A stretch of DNA of 62,000 nucleotides from Chiloscyllium plagiosum (lineage: Eukaryota), in NCBI RefSeq assembly GCF_004010195.1, contig NC_057728.1, positions 54,852,588 through 54,914,587 on the forward strand, written 5' to 3'. Position 1 is the stretch's first letter, and each line of letters opens with the position of its first letter. The position numbers and the translations under genes are program-made. Of the stretch, positions 36,103 to 49,228 are shown piece after piece. The notes beneath the pieces were generated by a model. It was not told the origin of the DNA, did no database searches, and was given only the letters and a program-made list of their open reading frames with translations.

Positions 36103-36570
36103 CTGTAAAATAAATAAGTAATAAGTTTGCTTTGTTCACTTATTTAAGACTTAACTTAAAATCGTAGCATTTCTAGAGATGTATTTATTGCCACAAATAA
36201 AATGAATTTGTTCTCTTTCTGTGTGAATACTTCATAGCACACAGACTAAGTGATGTGTTTAATTCTACTTAGTGAATAAGACTTCCATTAATGTCTTGGT
36301 GTTAAAGGCAGAAGCTAGATTAATCTCCATTCATGTCCGTACAATGTTTCCTAGTATGTTACCAAAAACCACTCAAGGGAACAAATATATGTATTCCCTA
36401 CATGCAATGAAAATCAGGCTAGTAACAATTTTTTTTAACATGAATTGGGAAACATTGTAGTAAATTGGCTCATTGTAAAATAATTTTTTAAGCATATAAT
36501 AATCTTCTTACTGCTCTCCACAATCTGCTTTATGGTACAAAATGGTGGCATGTAACATTTGTTCACTTAC

Positions 36571-36754
36571 CTAAACATCTGGCCATATCTGGAAGATTTT
36601 TCCTGATATATCTCGAAGCATAATCTATACTGTGCAAAGCCTTTCGAAAATGCTCTTCTGCATCCTGCGTTTTGCCCATAGTGACACATAGCTGTCCGAT
36701 ACTGTAGTGAACTTTAAAATAAACTTCAGTTTCCTTTAGGCTCAGAGGGCATGT
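36571..36754 (-). CDS. ttc41: TTC41-like exon, TPR (TCPLSLKETEVYFKVHYSIGQLCVTMGKTQDAEEHFRKALHSIDYASRYIRKNLPDMARCL)
   Basis: gattttag acceptor, tag|gtaagt donor, 184 bp, phase 0 to 1. Classic TPR pattern (IG..C..MG....AEEHFRKAL). Confidence 0.8.
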
Positions 36755-37599
36755 CTAAAATCAATAAAACAATTGTTCCAGAATTAGATTACAAGCAGAT
36801 ATTCAATATCATGTCCTCTCCACCGAAAAGATTGTCTAGTTCCACCTCCTTCGCCTGCCTCTTGCCCTATATTAGACTTGAAAACCTTCTTAACTGCCTT
36901 CAGATCAATAACTTCAATACTTTGCAATTCTGCCTCCCATTCTCCATAAACCTCAGCTCATCTAATATCTGGTGTCCATGCCCATCTAACAACAAATTCC
37001 ACTCTAACATTGCAAACATCTTTGTTTTTCTACATTGGCTCCTTTTGCAGCAATGCCTCAGATTTAAAACTTTTAGGATTGTGTTTATAATTCTTCAGTG
37101 GATTTTGTACACTTCAACCACATGTATTCTTTATTCCTCTTACATCTTCCCTTTACGCCAATGAGGAGTGGGGAGTTAAAGTTCCTATTTTGTAAATCAA
37201 AGATCCTGAGTTTGAATCTCAGTAGTACCATTCTGCCCAAAGAGCCTATGAATTAACCTGATTTACATATTGTCAATTTTTTTTTTGGGGGGGGTGCAGT
37301 TATCTTAGTTGCCTGGATAGCTGGTTTGCAGTGCAGTCACACCAACAGTATGGGTTCAATTCCCACAACAGTTGATATGTGGAAACCATCACTGATCAGC
37401 TTTCTCTATTGAGAGAGCAGCCCTATGGACCTCTGCGGTAATGGTGACTTTATATTTTTACTCTTCACCACATTCTGGAATTCCCTCTCCCTCTGCATCT
37501 CTACCTTCTCCTCCTCCTCCTTTGCCAGGACTCTTCTTGAATGCTATTTTCAATATTCATGTGTGAACCTCAAGCAAAACCCATTGTCTGTCCATAATT

Positions 37600-38815
37600 T
37601 CTTCAAGTAGATGGTCATTGACCCCCTTCTTGAACCACTGCAATCTGTGTGGCTCCCACATTAATTCTTGTTACTAATTGATTTTTTTTATTGATTTGTG
37701 AGATGTGGGCTTCACTGGCTGGGCGAGCATTTATTTCCTGTCCCTAGTTACCCTTGGGAAGGTGGTGGTGAGCTGCCTTCTTGAACTCTGCTGTGCGTTG
37801 ACCCACAATGCCGTAAGGGAAGGAATTCCAGGATTTTGACACAGCGACAGTGAAGGAACAATAATATATATCCTCATCAGGATGTTAAGTGGCTTGCAGA
37901 GGAACTTGAAGTTGGTTGTTTTCCCAAGTATTTGCTGTCCTTCTACTTCTAGATAGAAGTGGTTATGGGATTTGAAGGTGCTGTTGAAGAATCTTTGGTG
38001 AATTTCGACAGTATGTCTAATTGATGGTACACACTGCTGCCATACAGCATCAATGGTGGAGGCAGTGGATGTTTATGGATGTGGTGCCAATCAAGTGGGC
38101 TGCTTTGTCCTGGATGGTGTCAAGCTTCTTAAGTGTTGATGAAGCTGCACTCATCGAGACAAATGGAGAATATTCCATCGCATTCTTGAATTGTGCCTTG
38201 TTAATGATGGACAAGCTTTGGAGAGCCAGGAGGTGAGTTACTCACTGCAGTGTTCCTAGCCTCTAATCTGTTCTTATGGACACTGTGTTTATGTGGTGAG
38301 TCCAGTTGAGTTCTGGTCAATGGTAAGCCCCAGGATGTTGATAGTGCAAGATTCAGTGAATCATTGAATGTCAAGGGATGGTGGTTAGATTGTCTCTTAT
38401 TAATGATGGATTTTTTTGCCACTTGTAAGCCCAAGCTGAATATTGTCCAGAATTTGTTGCATTTGAACATGGACTGCGTCAGTATCTGAGGAGTTGTGAA
38501 CAGTGCTGAACATCGTGTAATCTTCTACGAACATCCCCACTTCTGACCTGTTGATGGAGGGAAGGTTATTGATGAAGCAAGTGAAGATGGTTGGTCCTGG
38601 GACACTACCCTGAGAAACTCCTGCAGAGATATCCTGGAGCTAAGATGACTGCCCTCCAACAACCATGAGCATCTTCCTAAGTGCCAGGTATGACTCCAAC
38701 CAGCTGAGTGTTTGTCCCCTGATACCCATTGATTCCAATTTTGCTCGGGCTCTGTGATGTCACATTCGGTTGAATGAAGCCTTGATGTCAAGTGCTGTCA
38801 CTCTTACCTCAACTA
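37600..38815 (-). mobile_element. CR1/L2-group LINE, RT to 3' end, decayed
   Basis: VSQGSVPGPTIFTCFINNLP-like RT motif near 38560-38620; tail GGTGGTGAGCTGCCTTCTTGAAC. Confidence 0.7.
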
Positions 38816-38999
38816 ATGAGGTAGCTGAGTGGCTGAGAGCTGTTAATTGGAATCACATGTAAAGCAGAACAGTAATGGCAGGAAGTTTCATTCTCTGGAG
38901 CATATTAGTTTTTATGATGTTCTGGCAGTTTACCCACCAATGCCACTGATACTTTAAACTAAATTCAAGTTTTTAAAGAAACTAATAAGGAACTTACAT

Positions 39000-39424
39000 A
39001 AAAACAGAGAACTGCAGATGCTGGAAACAAAAGCAAAAATTACTGGAGAAACTCAGCAGTCTGGGAGTATCTGTGGAAGAAAGCCATTAATGTTTCGGGT
39101 CCAGTGACCCTTCAGTTCAGGTTAACCAAGTTGCTCAATATAGTGATAAAAAAATGGATCTGAATCTGAGTAGAAGCAAGTAGGAGAAGTGACCAAATAT
39201 TTGCTATAGCAATTCAAAGGTTATTTCACTGTATCAGGAATTCAGAGACCTGGGCTGCTCTGTCAGAATATATTAGTTAATTACATCTGGTAGCATCTGT
39301 GGAGAGAAAGCAGAGTTAATGTTTTAGACAAGCGACCCTTCTTCAGTTCAGGGTCACTAGTCTAAAACATTAATTCTGCTTTCTCTCCACAGATGCTGCC
39401 AGACATAATTAACTAGTATACTCT
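39000..39424. mobile_element. Family-C Penelope-type pseudo-LTR fragments, one forming a ~160-bp palindrome (39265-39424)
   Basis: ACTGCAGATGCTGG...GTTTCGGGTCCAGTGACCCTTC; inverted arms GCATCTGTGGAGAGAAAGCAGA / TCTGCTTTCTCTCCACAGATGC. Confidence 0.65.
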
Positions 39425-40139
39425 ATCTAGTATAGTAACTAGTATAATCCATGAATTAAAATCCCAGAATGCCTGTCATAACAGCACTGTGGTGTACCTA
39501 ACCCTTCTGAACTGCAGGAGTTCAAGAAGGTGATACAACACCAACTTCTCAAAAGCGATTAAGGCCATGGCCTGCCATGGTGGAAGTCAAACTCAGGTCT
39601 CAGGATTACTTGTGCAGCAACAATATCACAATGCTATTGTATCCACCAAATTGGGTATTTGTTCAACACATATTCTCTGGAGTTTCGAAGAATGAGAGGT
39701 CATCTCATTGAAACATTCAACATTATGAAGAAACTTGACAGGGCTTATTTCTTCTAGCCATGGAACCTAAATCAAAGGAGGTAGTTTCAGTGTAAAGGGA
39801 CAATCATTTAGGAGTGAGATGAGGACAAATTTCTTCATTTAAAGTCTTTGGAGTTTTGAATGTTTTTACCACAGAGGGTTGTGAATGCACTCTCATCTGA
39901 GGCTGCAATGGACATACCTTTGGTCTCTCACTGCATCAGATTATATAAAAAGCAAGAATGGAAAGTGGAGTTGAAGCCAAAATCAAACAGCTAGTACGGT
40001 CTTCTTGTGCTACCACTTCTTATGTTTTCATAGCTTCATTATAATAGGAAAAATGACCTTCATCGAATGACCATTTAATGATTCTATGATTTATAACCCA
40101 TAAACAAACATTCCTTTCTCCATCAGAGTTTCAAGCATG

Positions 40140-41762
40140 GTTAGTGTTTAAGAAGCATGGTAAGGACAAGCCAGGGAGCTATAAACCAGTGAGCCTGACC
40201 TCGGTGGTGGGCAAGTTGTTGGAGGGAATCCTGAGGGACAGGATGTATGTGTATTTGGAAAGGCAAGGACTGATTCGGGTTGGTCAACATGGCTTTGTGT
40301 GTGGGAAATCATGTCTCACAAACTTGATTGAGTTTTTTGAAGAAGTAACAAAGAGGATTGATGAGGACAGAGCGGTAGATGTGATCTATATGGACTTCAA
40401 TAAGGCATTCGACAAGGTTCCCCATGGGAGACTGGTTAGCAAGGTTAGATCTCATGGAATACAGGGAGAACTATCCATTTGGATAAAGAACTGGCTCAAA
40501 GGAGGAAGACAGAGGGTGTTGGTGGAGGGTTGTTTTTCAGACTGGAGGCCTGTGACCAGTGAAGTGCCACAAGATCCTCTACTTTTTGTCATTAACATAA
40601 ATAATTTGGATGTGAGCATAAGAGGCACAGTTAGTAAGTTTGCGGATGACACCAAAATTGGAGGTGTAGTGGACAGCGAAGAGGGTTACCTCAGATTACA
40701 ACAGGATTTTAACCAGATGGGCCAATGGGCTGAGAAGTGGCAGATGGAGTTTAATTCAGATAAAAGTGAGGTGCTGTATTTTGGGAAAGCAAATCTTCGC
40801 AGGACTTATACACTAGGAGAAAGTGAGGACTGCAGATGCTGAAGATCAGAGCTGAAAAATGTGTTGCTGGAAAAGTGCAGCAGGTCAGGCAGCATCCAAG
40901 GAGTAGGAGAATCGACGTTTCAGGCATAAGCCCTTCTTCGGGCTGATGCCCGAAACGTCGATTCTCCTGCTTCTTGGATGCTGCCTGACCTGCTGCGCTT
41001 TTCCAGCAACACATTTTTCAGGACTTACACACTTAATGGTAAGGTCCTAGGGAGTGTTGCTGAACAAAGAGACCTTGGAGTGCAGGTTCATGGCTCCTTG
41101 AAAGTGGAGTCGCAGGTAGATAGGATAGTGAAGAAGGCATTTGGTATGCTTTCTTTTATTGGTCAGTATATTGAATACAGGAGTTGGGAGGTCATGTTGC
41201 GGCTGTACAGGACATTGGTTAGGCTACTGTTGGAATATTGCATGCAATTCTGGTCTACTTCCTATCGGAAAGATGTTGTGAAACTTGAAAGGATTCAGTA
41301 AAGAGTTACAAGGATGTTGCCAGGGTTGGAGGATTTGAGCTATGGGGAGAGGCTGAACAGACTGCGGCTGTTTTCCCTGGAGGGGTGAACTTATAGAGGT
41401 TTACAAAATCATGAGGGGCATGGATAGGATAAACAGACAAAGTCTTTTCCCTAAGGTCGGGGAGTCCAGAAATAGAGGGCATAAGTTTAGGATGAGAGGG
41501 GAAAGATATAAAAGAGACCAAAGAGGCAACTTTTTCACACAGAAGGTGGTATGTGTATGGACTGAGCTGCCAGAGGAAGTGGTGGAGGCTGGTACAATTG
41601 CAACATTTAAAAGGCATTTGGATTGGTATATGAATAGGAAGGGTTTGGAGGGATATGGGCCGGGTGCTGGCAGGTGGAACTAGATTGGGTTGGGATATCT
41701 GGTCGGCATGAACGGGTTGGACTGAAGGGTCTGTTTCCATGCTGTACATCTCTGTGACTCTA
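40140..41762 (+). mobile_element. CR1 (HER1-like) LINE, RT to 3' end, interrupted by a mini-element
   Basis: ORFs 40144..40842 (YKPVSLTSVVGK, MDFNKAFDKVPH, FADD), 40978..41301 and 41411..41683. Confidence 0.95.
40815..41018. mobile_element. Family-A inverted mini-element with hammerhead motifs
   Basis: 15-bp TSD CAGGACTTAYACACT (40800-40814, 41019-41033) inside CR1 ORF2. Confidence 0.85.
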
Positions 41763-41777
41763 ATTAGAAGCATCGTG

Positions 41778-43175
41778 AAACATAGAAACATAGAACAATA
41801 CAGGACAGAACAGACCCTTTGGCCCACGATGTTGTGCCGAACATTTGTCCTAGCTTAAGCACCTATCCATGTACCTATCCAATTGCCGCTTAAAGGTCAC
41901 CAATGATTCTGACTCTGCCACTCCCACAGGCAGCGCATTCCATACCCCCAGCACTCTCTGGGTAAAGAACCTACCCCGACATCTCCCCTATTCTTTCCAC
42001 TCTTCACCTTAAATTTATGTCCCCTTGTAACACTCTGTCTTACCCCGGGGAAAAAGTCTCTGACTGTCTACTCTATCTATTCCTCTGATCATCTGATAAA
42101 CCTCTATCAAGTCACCCCTCATCCTTCACCGTTCCAATGAGAAAAGGCCGAGCACTCTCAACCTATCCTCNNNNNNNNNNNNNNNNNNNNNNNNNNNNNN
42201 NNNNNNNNNNNNNNNNNNNNNNNNNNNNNNNNNNNNNNNNNNNNNNNNNNNNNNNNNNNNNCATTCTTATTTGTTTTTCCAAAATGGACAACCTCACACT
42301 TGGCAGGGTTGAACTCCATCTGCCACTCCTCAGCCCAGCTCTGCATCATATCTAAGTCCCTCTGCAGCCGATAACAGCCCTCCTCACTGTCCACAACTCC
42401 ACCTATCTTCGTATCATCTGCAAATTTACTGACCCACCCCTCGGCTCCCTCATCCAAGTCATTAATAAAAATTACGAACAGCAGAGGACCCAGAACTGAT
42501 CCCTGCGGCACTCCACTTGTAACTGGGCTCCAGGCTGAATATTTACCATCTACCACCACTCTCTAACTTCGATCGGTTAGCCAGTTTTCTATCCAATTGG
42601 CCAAATTTCCCTCTATCCCCTGCCTCCTGACTTTCCGCATAAGCCTAACATTGGGGAACCTTATCAAATGCCTTACTGAAATCCATGTACACTACATCCA
42701 CTGCTCTTCCCTTATCCACATGCTTGGTCACCTCCTCGATGAATTCAATAAGACTTGTAAGGCAAGACCTACCCCTCACAAATCTGTGCTGGCTGTCCCT
42801 AATCAAGCAGTGTCTTTCCAGATACTCATAAATCCTATCCCTCAGTACCCTTTCCATTACTTTGCCTACCACCGAAGTAAGACGAACTGGCCTGTAATTC
42901 CCAGGGTTATCTCTATTCCCTTTTTTTGAACAGGGGCACAACATTCACCACTCTCCAGTCCCCTGGTACCATCCCCATTGACAGTGAAGATGAAAAGATC
43001 ATTGCCAACGGCTCTGCAATTTCCTCTCTCGCTTCCCACATAATCCTAGGATATATCCCATCAGGCCTGGGGGACTTGTCTATCCTCAAGTTTTTCAAAA
43101 TGCCCAACACATCTTCCTTCCTAACAAGCATCTCCTCTAGCTTACCAGTCTGTTTCATACTCTCCTCTTCAACAA
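41778..43175 (-). mobile_element. CR1 LINE, RT to 3' end (spans assembly gap)
   Basis: ORFs 42913..43158, 42645..42944 and 42158..42559 ([17 protein letters not shown]). Confidence 0.9.
42171..42261. other. Assembly gap
   Basis: Run of N. Confidence 1.
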
Positions 43176-43386
43176 ATCGTGCTTTGTGATCTCAATTTTG
43201 GTAAATGCTTGTGTCAGGGTGTGAATCAAATGTTTATTATTTCAGCAGTTTATAACATGATGGGTACCTTAAAGTCTGTAATTTTATGCCAAACTATTTG
43301 TATATATTGTCAGGTCAATAATCTTTATAAAAATGAGATTGTAACTGATCATTTTAATAATGAGTACTATCTGACTAAACATTTAC

Positions 43387-43526
43387 CTCTGGCAATAAAG
43401 TTAGGGCAATTTGAAGTATTTCTTCTGCTTCTGCAGTCTTGTCAAGTTCTTTCAGAAACTCTGCAGTAAACCATATCAGAGTAGCCTGTCTGCAGTTGTT
43501 ATAGTTCAACATTTCATTGTCACCAT
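43387..43526 (-). CDS. ttc41: TTC41-like exon (GDNEMLNYNNCRQATLIWFTAEFLKELDKTAEAEEILQIALTLLPE)
   Basis: cattgcag acceptor, gag|gtaaat donor, 140 bp, phase 1 to 0, TPR-like helix pattern. Confidence 0.75.
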
Positions 43527-43554
43527 CTGCAATGACAAACATTAATCTTTCCAG

Positions 43555-43756
43555 ATCATACAGTCATAGACTCATACAACACTGAGTCAGACCCTTTGGT
43601 CTAACTCATCCAAGCTGACCAAGTTTGCCAAACTGAACAAGTCCCACTTGCCTGCATTAGGCCCATATGCCTCTAAACCTTTCTTATTCATGTACCTGTC
43701 CAATTATCTTTTAAATGTTGTAAATGTATCTGCATCTACTACTTCCTCTGCTAGTT
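43555..43756 (-). mobile_element. CR1 3'-terminal fragment
   Basis: Matches the reverse complement of the CR1 3'UTR at 41580-41760. Confidence 0.7.
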
Positions 43757-44120
43757 CGGGGAGGCAATTGCCTAGTGGTATTATCATTAGACTACTGATC
43801 CAGAAACCCAGGTAATGTTCTGGGGACCCGGGCTCAAATGCTGCCATGGCAGATATTGTAATATGAACTCAGTAAAATCTGGAAGTAAGAGTCTAAACAT
43901 GACTGTGAATCCATTGTCGATTGTTGGGAAAAAAACATTTTGGTTCACTAATGTCCTTTTGGGAATGAATCTACTATCCTTACCCAGTTTGGCATACATG
44001 TGACTCCAGATCCACAGAAATGTGGTTGACTCCTAACTGCCCTCTGGGCAATTAGGGATGGGCAATAAATGCTGGCTTGGCCAGCAACCCCCCGCCCCCA
44101 TTCCGTGAATGAATACAAAA
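43757..44120 (+). mobile_element. tRNA-derived SINE sharing its 3' tail with the CR1/L2-group LINE (partial copy at 45955-46235)
   Basis: GGGGAGGCAAT.GCCTAGTGGT head; tail GGGCAATTAGGGATGGGCAATAAATGCTGGC...GTGAATGAAT. Confidence 0.7.
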
Positions 44121-44179
44121 AACAAACCACCCTCTGTTTGAAAAAGCAGAAACAAAGATTGCTGGAAAAACTCAGTAGT

Positions 44180-45750
44180 TATAGAGTCATACATCTCGGA
44201 AAACAGACCCTTCAGCCCAACCAGTCTATGCTGACCATAATCACACACTAAACTAATCCTGCCTGCTGCCTCTTGGCTAATATCACTCCAAACATATTTT
44301 ATTCATGTATTTATCCAAATGTCATTTAAACATTGTAACTTTATTTGTATCCTCTGAAAGATCATTCCACACATGAATCACTCTCTGTGTAAAAAGGTTG
44401 CCCCTCATGTCTTTTTGAAATCTTTCTCCTGTCACCTTAAAAACATGCCCCTTTGTCTTGAAATACCCCACTCTAGGGAAAAAGACACCTGTCATTCACC
44501 TTTTTTTTAAGATTAGATTACTTACAGTGTGGAAACAGGCCCTTCACCCCATCAAGTCCACACTGACCCGCTGAAGCGCAACCCACCCAGACCCATTCCC
44601 ATTCCCCTACATTTACCCCTTCACCTCACATTACGGGCAATTTAGCATGGCCAATTCACCTAACCTGCACATGTTTGGACTGTGGGAGGAAACTGGAGCA
44701 CCTGGGGGAAACCCACACAGACACAGGGAGAATGTGCAAACTCCACACAGAGAGTCGCCTGAGACGGGAATTGAACCCAGGTCTCTGGCGCTGTGAGGCA
44801 GCAGTGCTAACCACTGTGCCACCGTGCCGCCCACCTTATCTATACCCCATATGAGTTCATAAACCTCTATAAGATCATCCCTCACCTCCTACACTCCAGT
44901 GAAAAAGGTCCCAACCTATCCAGCCCCTCGTTATAACTCAAACCTTCCATTTCCAGCAACATCCTGATAAATCCCTTATGAAACCTCTCAAGCTTAATAA
45001 TATCCTTCCAATAAGAGGATGACCAAAACTGGACACAGTACTCCAGAAGAGACCTCAGCAACGTTCTGTACAAACCTCAAAATTATAACCCAACTACTTT
45101 ATTTATAGACCTGAGCAATGAAGACAAGCTTGCTAAATGCCTTCTTAACCATCTTGTCTACATGTGATGCAAACTTCAAAGAGTTATCTACCTGAATCCT
45201 TAGGTTTAGCTGATCTTTAACACTTCCTAAGGCATTAGTTTTAATTGTATAAATCTTGCCCTTAATTGTTTTACCAAAATGCAATACCTCACATTTATCC
45301 AAATTAAACTCCATCTGCCAATCCTCAGCCCATTGACCCAACTGATCAAGATCTTTTTGTAAACTTGGACAACCTTCTTCATTGTCCACTATACCACCAA
45401 TTTTGGTGTCATCCATAAGCTTACTAACCATGCCTTCTATATTCTCATCTAAATCATTTATATGAATGACAAACAGAAGGGGACCCAGCACTGATCCCTA
45501 TGGAACACCATTGGTCACAGGCCTCCAGTCTAAAAATTAGCCCTCTCCCTCATCAGTTTCTGTCTCCTACAGCAAAGTCAATTTTGTATACAATTGGCAA
45601 GCTCACCCTCAATCCCATGTGATCTAATTTTATTAATTAGTCTACCATATGGAACCTTGTCAAAGGCTTTGCTAAAGTCCAAGTAAATAACATCTACTGC
45701 TCTGCCCTGATCAATCTTCTCGGTTACTTCCTTAAAAAACTCAATCAAGT
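44180..45750 (-). mobile_element. CR1 LINE, RT to 3' end, interrupted by HE1
   Basis: ORFs 45578..45769, 45099..45491 and 44882..45073. Confidence 0.9.
44509..44831 (-). mobile_element. HE1-type V-SINE inserted in CR1
   Basis: HE1 reverse complement; CACCTT on both sides (44497-44502, 44832-44837). Confidence 0.9.
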
Positions 45751-48700
45751 CCAGATAGGTATTTTCCACTGATGGAGATGGGTGTATGGTAGGAATGAAC
45801 GAACTGCCTGTAATGTGCTTACATTTTTTTTAAAAATGAAAAAAAACTTGTATTGTAAGGCACCTTTCACACGTTCAGGATGCCTCAAACTGATTTAGAG
45901 CCAATGAAATAGTTTTTTAAGTGTTACTTTTGTAATATGGAATGCAGGAGAATCTCAGCTAAAGTTCTGGGGACCTGGGTTTGAATTCTGCCATAGCAGA
46001 TGGTGGAATTTGAATTTCATCTTTTTTTTAAATCTGGCGCAAAGAATTTACTGATGACCACAAAACCATTATCAATTGTTGGACAAAACCATCTGGCTTA
46101 CTAATGTCTACCATCCTCATCTGGTCTGACCTACATGTGACTCCAGAACCACAGGAATGTGGTTGACTTTCAAGGGCAGCTAGGGACAGGCAATGTATGT
46201 CAGCCAGCAACACCTACCTCCCACAAAAGAATAAAAGGAAAACAAAAAATTTCCTCAGATAAAGAATCTGAAAAATAATCTTTAAAAAACATAAACAGGT
46301 GGCAGACAGGCAGGTAGAAAGATAAGGAGAAAGAATTGGCAAAGTGGAACACAAGTTGCTCCATGAGTCTTTAAAGGAGAAAGTATCAAAGGTGGAGAAA
46401 AAAAGTCAAAACAACAACACTTTTGAGAAGGGAGAGGAACAGACAAAGGCAGCACATGATGAGGTCAGTGCAATGGAGAGAGAGAATAAAAGAATCCCAC
46501 ACTGCTAACTGACACAGCAGTGAACCTGCACAGTTACTGCCTTTGAATTCATGTATTGCTGGACATCGGAGTGCATCTGGGAAAATTAACAGCAAAATTC
46601 ACAACTAATCTTGGAGGAACATGTTTGACAGAGGTCACAGCACAGAAACAGATAAGTGAATATTTTTAAGTATGGCCTACAGAAAGTCTGCAGCAGTGAG
46701 TTGAGTCGGTTCTTTCTTGATTATATGTTTTATTGAGATATGTCTCAATAACTTAAAAATATAAGTGTTATGTTAGCCTGGAACAGCGTTTTATAGAGGA
46801 ATAAGACCAGTGCTATATTCTGGGTCTGTACATTGGAAGAAGCAAAAATGGCCTTTAGTAGAGTGATATGCTCTTCTTGTTGGATGTGGGAGTCCAGGGA
46901 GAGTTTACATGTTACTGAGGATTATATCTGCAATAAATGTCATTGGTTGTGAATCCTATGAGATCGAATGGATTGGTTGGAGAGACAGTTAAAAGCAATG
47001 AGAAATTTACAAGAGCAAGGGGATGTGATGGATGGCAGTTATAGGAAGGGAAAAAAGTTGCACATACTGTCACATGGGTTAACTACAGGAAAGTTAAGAG
47101 AGGTAGGCAGGTAGTGCAGGAGTCTTCTGTGGCTATCCCCATTTCAAACAAGTATGCTGTTTTGGAAAATGTAGGGGTTGATGGATTCTCAGGGGAATGT
47201 AGGATGAACAGCCAGGTTTCTGGTATCGAGACTGGCTCTAATGCAATGAGGGGTACATCGAGTTCCAAGAGATCAATTATGTTAGTGGACTCTCTAGTCC
47301 AAGGCACAGACAGACACTTCTGTGGCCAGCAGCGAAAAATCAAGGAATGGTGTGTTGCCTCTCTGGTGCCAGGGCCAAGGATGTCTCAGAGAGGGTGTAG
47401 AATATTCTCAAGGGGGAGAGGGGCAAGAGGTCATTGTACACATTGGAACCAATGACCTAGGAAGGGAAAAGGATGAGATTCTGAAGGGAGAATATAAAGA
47501 GTTAGGCAGAAATTTAAACAGGAGATCCTTGAGAGCAGTAATATCTGGATTACTCCCGGGGCCACAAGGTAGAATACGAGGATAGAGCAGATGAATGCAT
47601 GGCTGAGGAGCTGGTGTATGGGAAAAGGATTCTCATTTTTGGATCATTGGAATCTCTTCTGGGGTAGAAGTGACCTGTACAAGTAGGATAGATTGCACCT
47701 GAATTCGAAGAGGACTAATATACTGGCAGGGAGATTTGCTAGAGCTGCTCAGGAGGATTTAAACTATTAAAGTGGGGGGAGGGGTGGGACCCAGGGAGAT
47801 AGTGAGGAAAGAGATCAATCTGGGACTGGTACAGTTGAGAAAAGAAGCGAGTCAAACAATCAGGGCAGGCAGGGACAAAGCAGAGAACAAGGTAGAACTG
47901 ATAAATTAAAGAGCATTTATTTCCATGCAAGAGGCCTACAGGTAAGGCAGATGAACTCAGGGCATGGTTAGGAACATGGGACTGGGATATCATAGCAATT
48001 ACAGAAACGTGACTCAAGGATGGACAGGATTGGCAGCTTAATGTTCCAGGATACAAATGCTACAACAAGGACAGAAAGGGAGGCAAGAGAGGAGTGGGAA
48101 TAGTGTTTTTGATAAGGCATAGCATTACAGCTGTACTGAGGGAGGATATTCCCAGAAAAACATCCAGGGAAGTCATTTGGGTTGAACTGAGAAATAAGAA
48201 AGGGACGATCACCTTACTGGGATTGTATTATAGACACCCTAATAGTCAGAGGGAAATTGAGAAACAGATTTGTAAGGAGATCTCGGTTATCTGTAGGAAT
48301 AATAGAACAAAGAAGAACAAAGAAAATTTAAAGCCCAGTAACAGGCCCTTCGGCCCTCCAAGCCTGAGTTGATCAAAATGTAATGTCTAAACCTGTCAGC
48401 CAATTCCTAAGCATCTGTATCCCTTTACTCCCCACCTACTCATGCACTTATCCAGACGCATCTTATATGAATCTACCGTGCCTGCCTCTACCACCTTTGC
48501 TGGTAACGCGTTCCAAACACCCACCACCCTCTGTGTGAAGTATTTACCACGTGTATCCCCCTTAAACTTTCCACCTCTCACTTTGAAAGTGTGATCTCTT
48601 GTTATTGAATCCTTCACCCTGGGAAAAAGCTTGTCTATCCACCCTGTCTATACCCGTCATGATTTTGGAAACCTCAATCAGGTCCCCCCTCAATCTCCTT

Positions 48701-49094
48701 TTTTCTAGTGAAAATAAACCTAACTTACTCAACCTTTCTTCATAGCTAGCACCTTCCATACCAGGCAACATCCTCGTAAACCTCCTCTGCACCCTCTCCA
48801 AAGCGTCCACATCCTTTCGGTAATGTGGTGACCAGAACTGTACACAGTATTCTAAATGCAGCCGAACCAATGTCTTGTACAATTTTAACATGACTTGCCA
48901 GCTCTAATACTCAATACCCCGTCCAATGAAGGCAAGCATACTATATGCCTTCTTGACCACTCCATCCACCTGTGCAGCAACCTTCAGGGTACAATGGACC
49001 TGCACTCCCAGATCTCTCTGCCCATCAACTTTTCCCAAGGCTCTTCCATTCATTGTATAATTCGCTCTGGAATTAGTCTTGCCTAAATGCATCA

Positions 49095-49228
49095 GGCCAT
49101 TCCTGAAGAAGGGCCTGTGCCCGAAACGTCGAATCTCCTGTTCCCTGGATGCTGCCTGACCTGCTGTGCTGTTCCAGCAATAAAGTTTCAACTTTGATCT
49201 CCAGCATCTGCAGACCTCACTTTCTCCT
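49095..49228 (+). mobile_element. Family-A mini-element, single arm, with an intact minimal hammerhead (49099-49134)
   Basis: 13-bp TSD CCTAAATGCATCA (49082-49094, 49229-49241); ATTC-CTGAAGA-A-GGGC-CTGT-GCCC-GAA-ACGT-C-GAAT. Confidence 0.85.
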
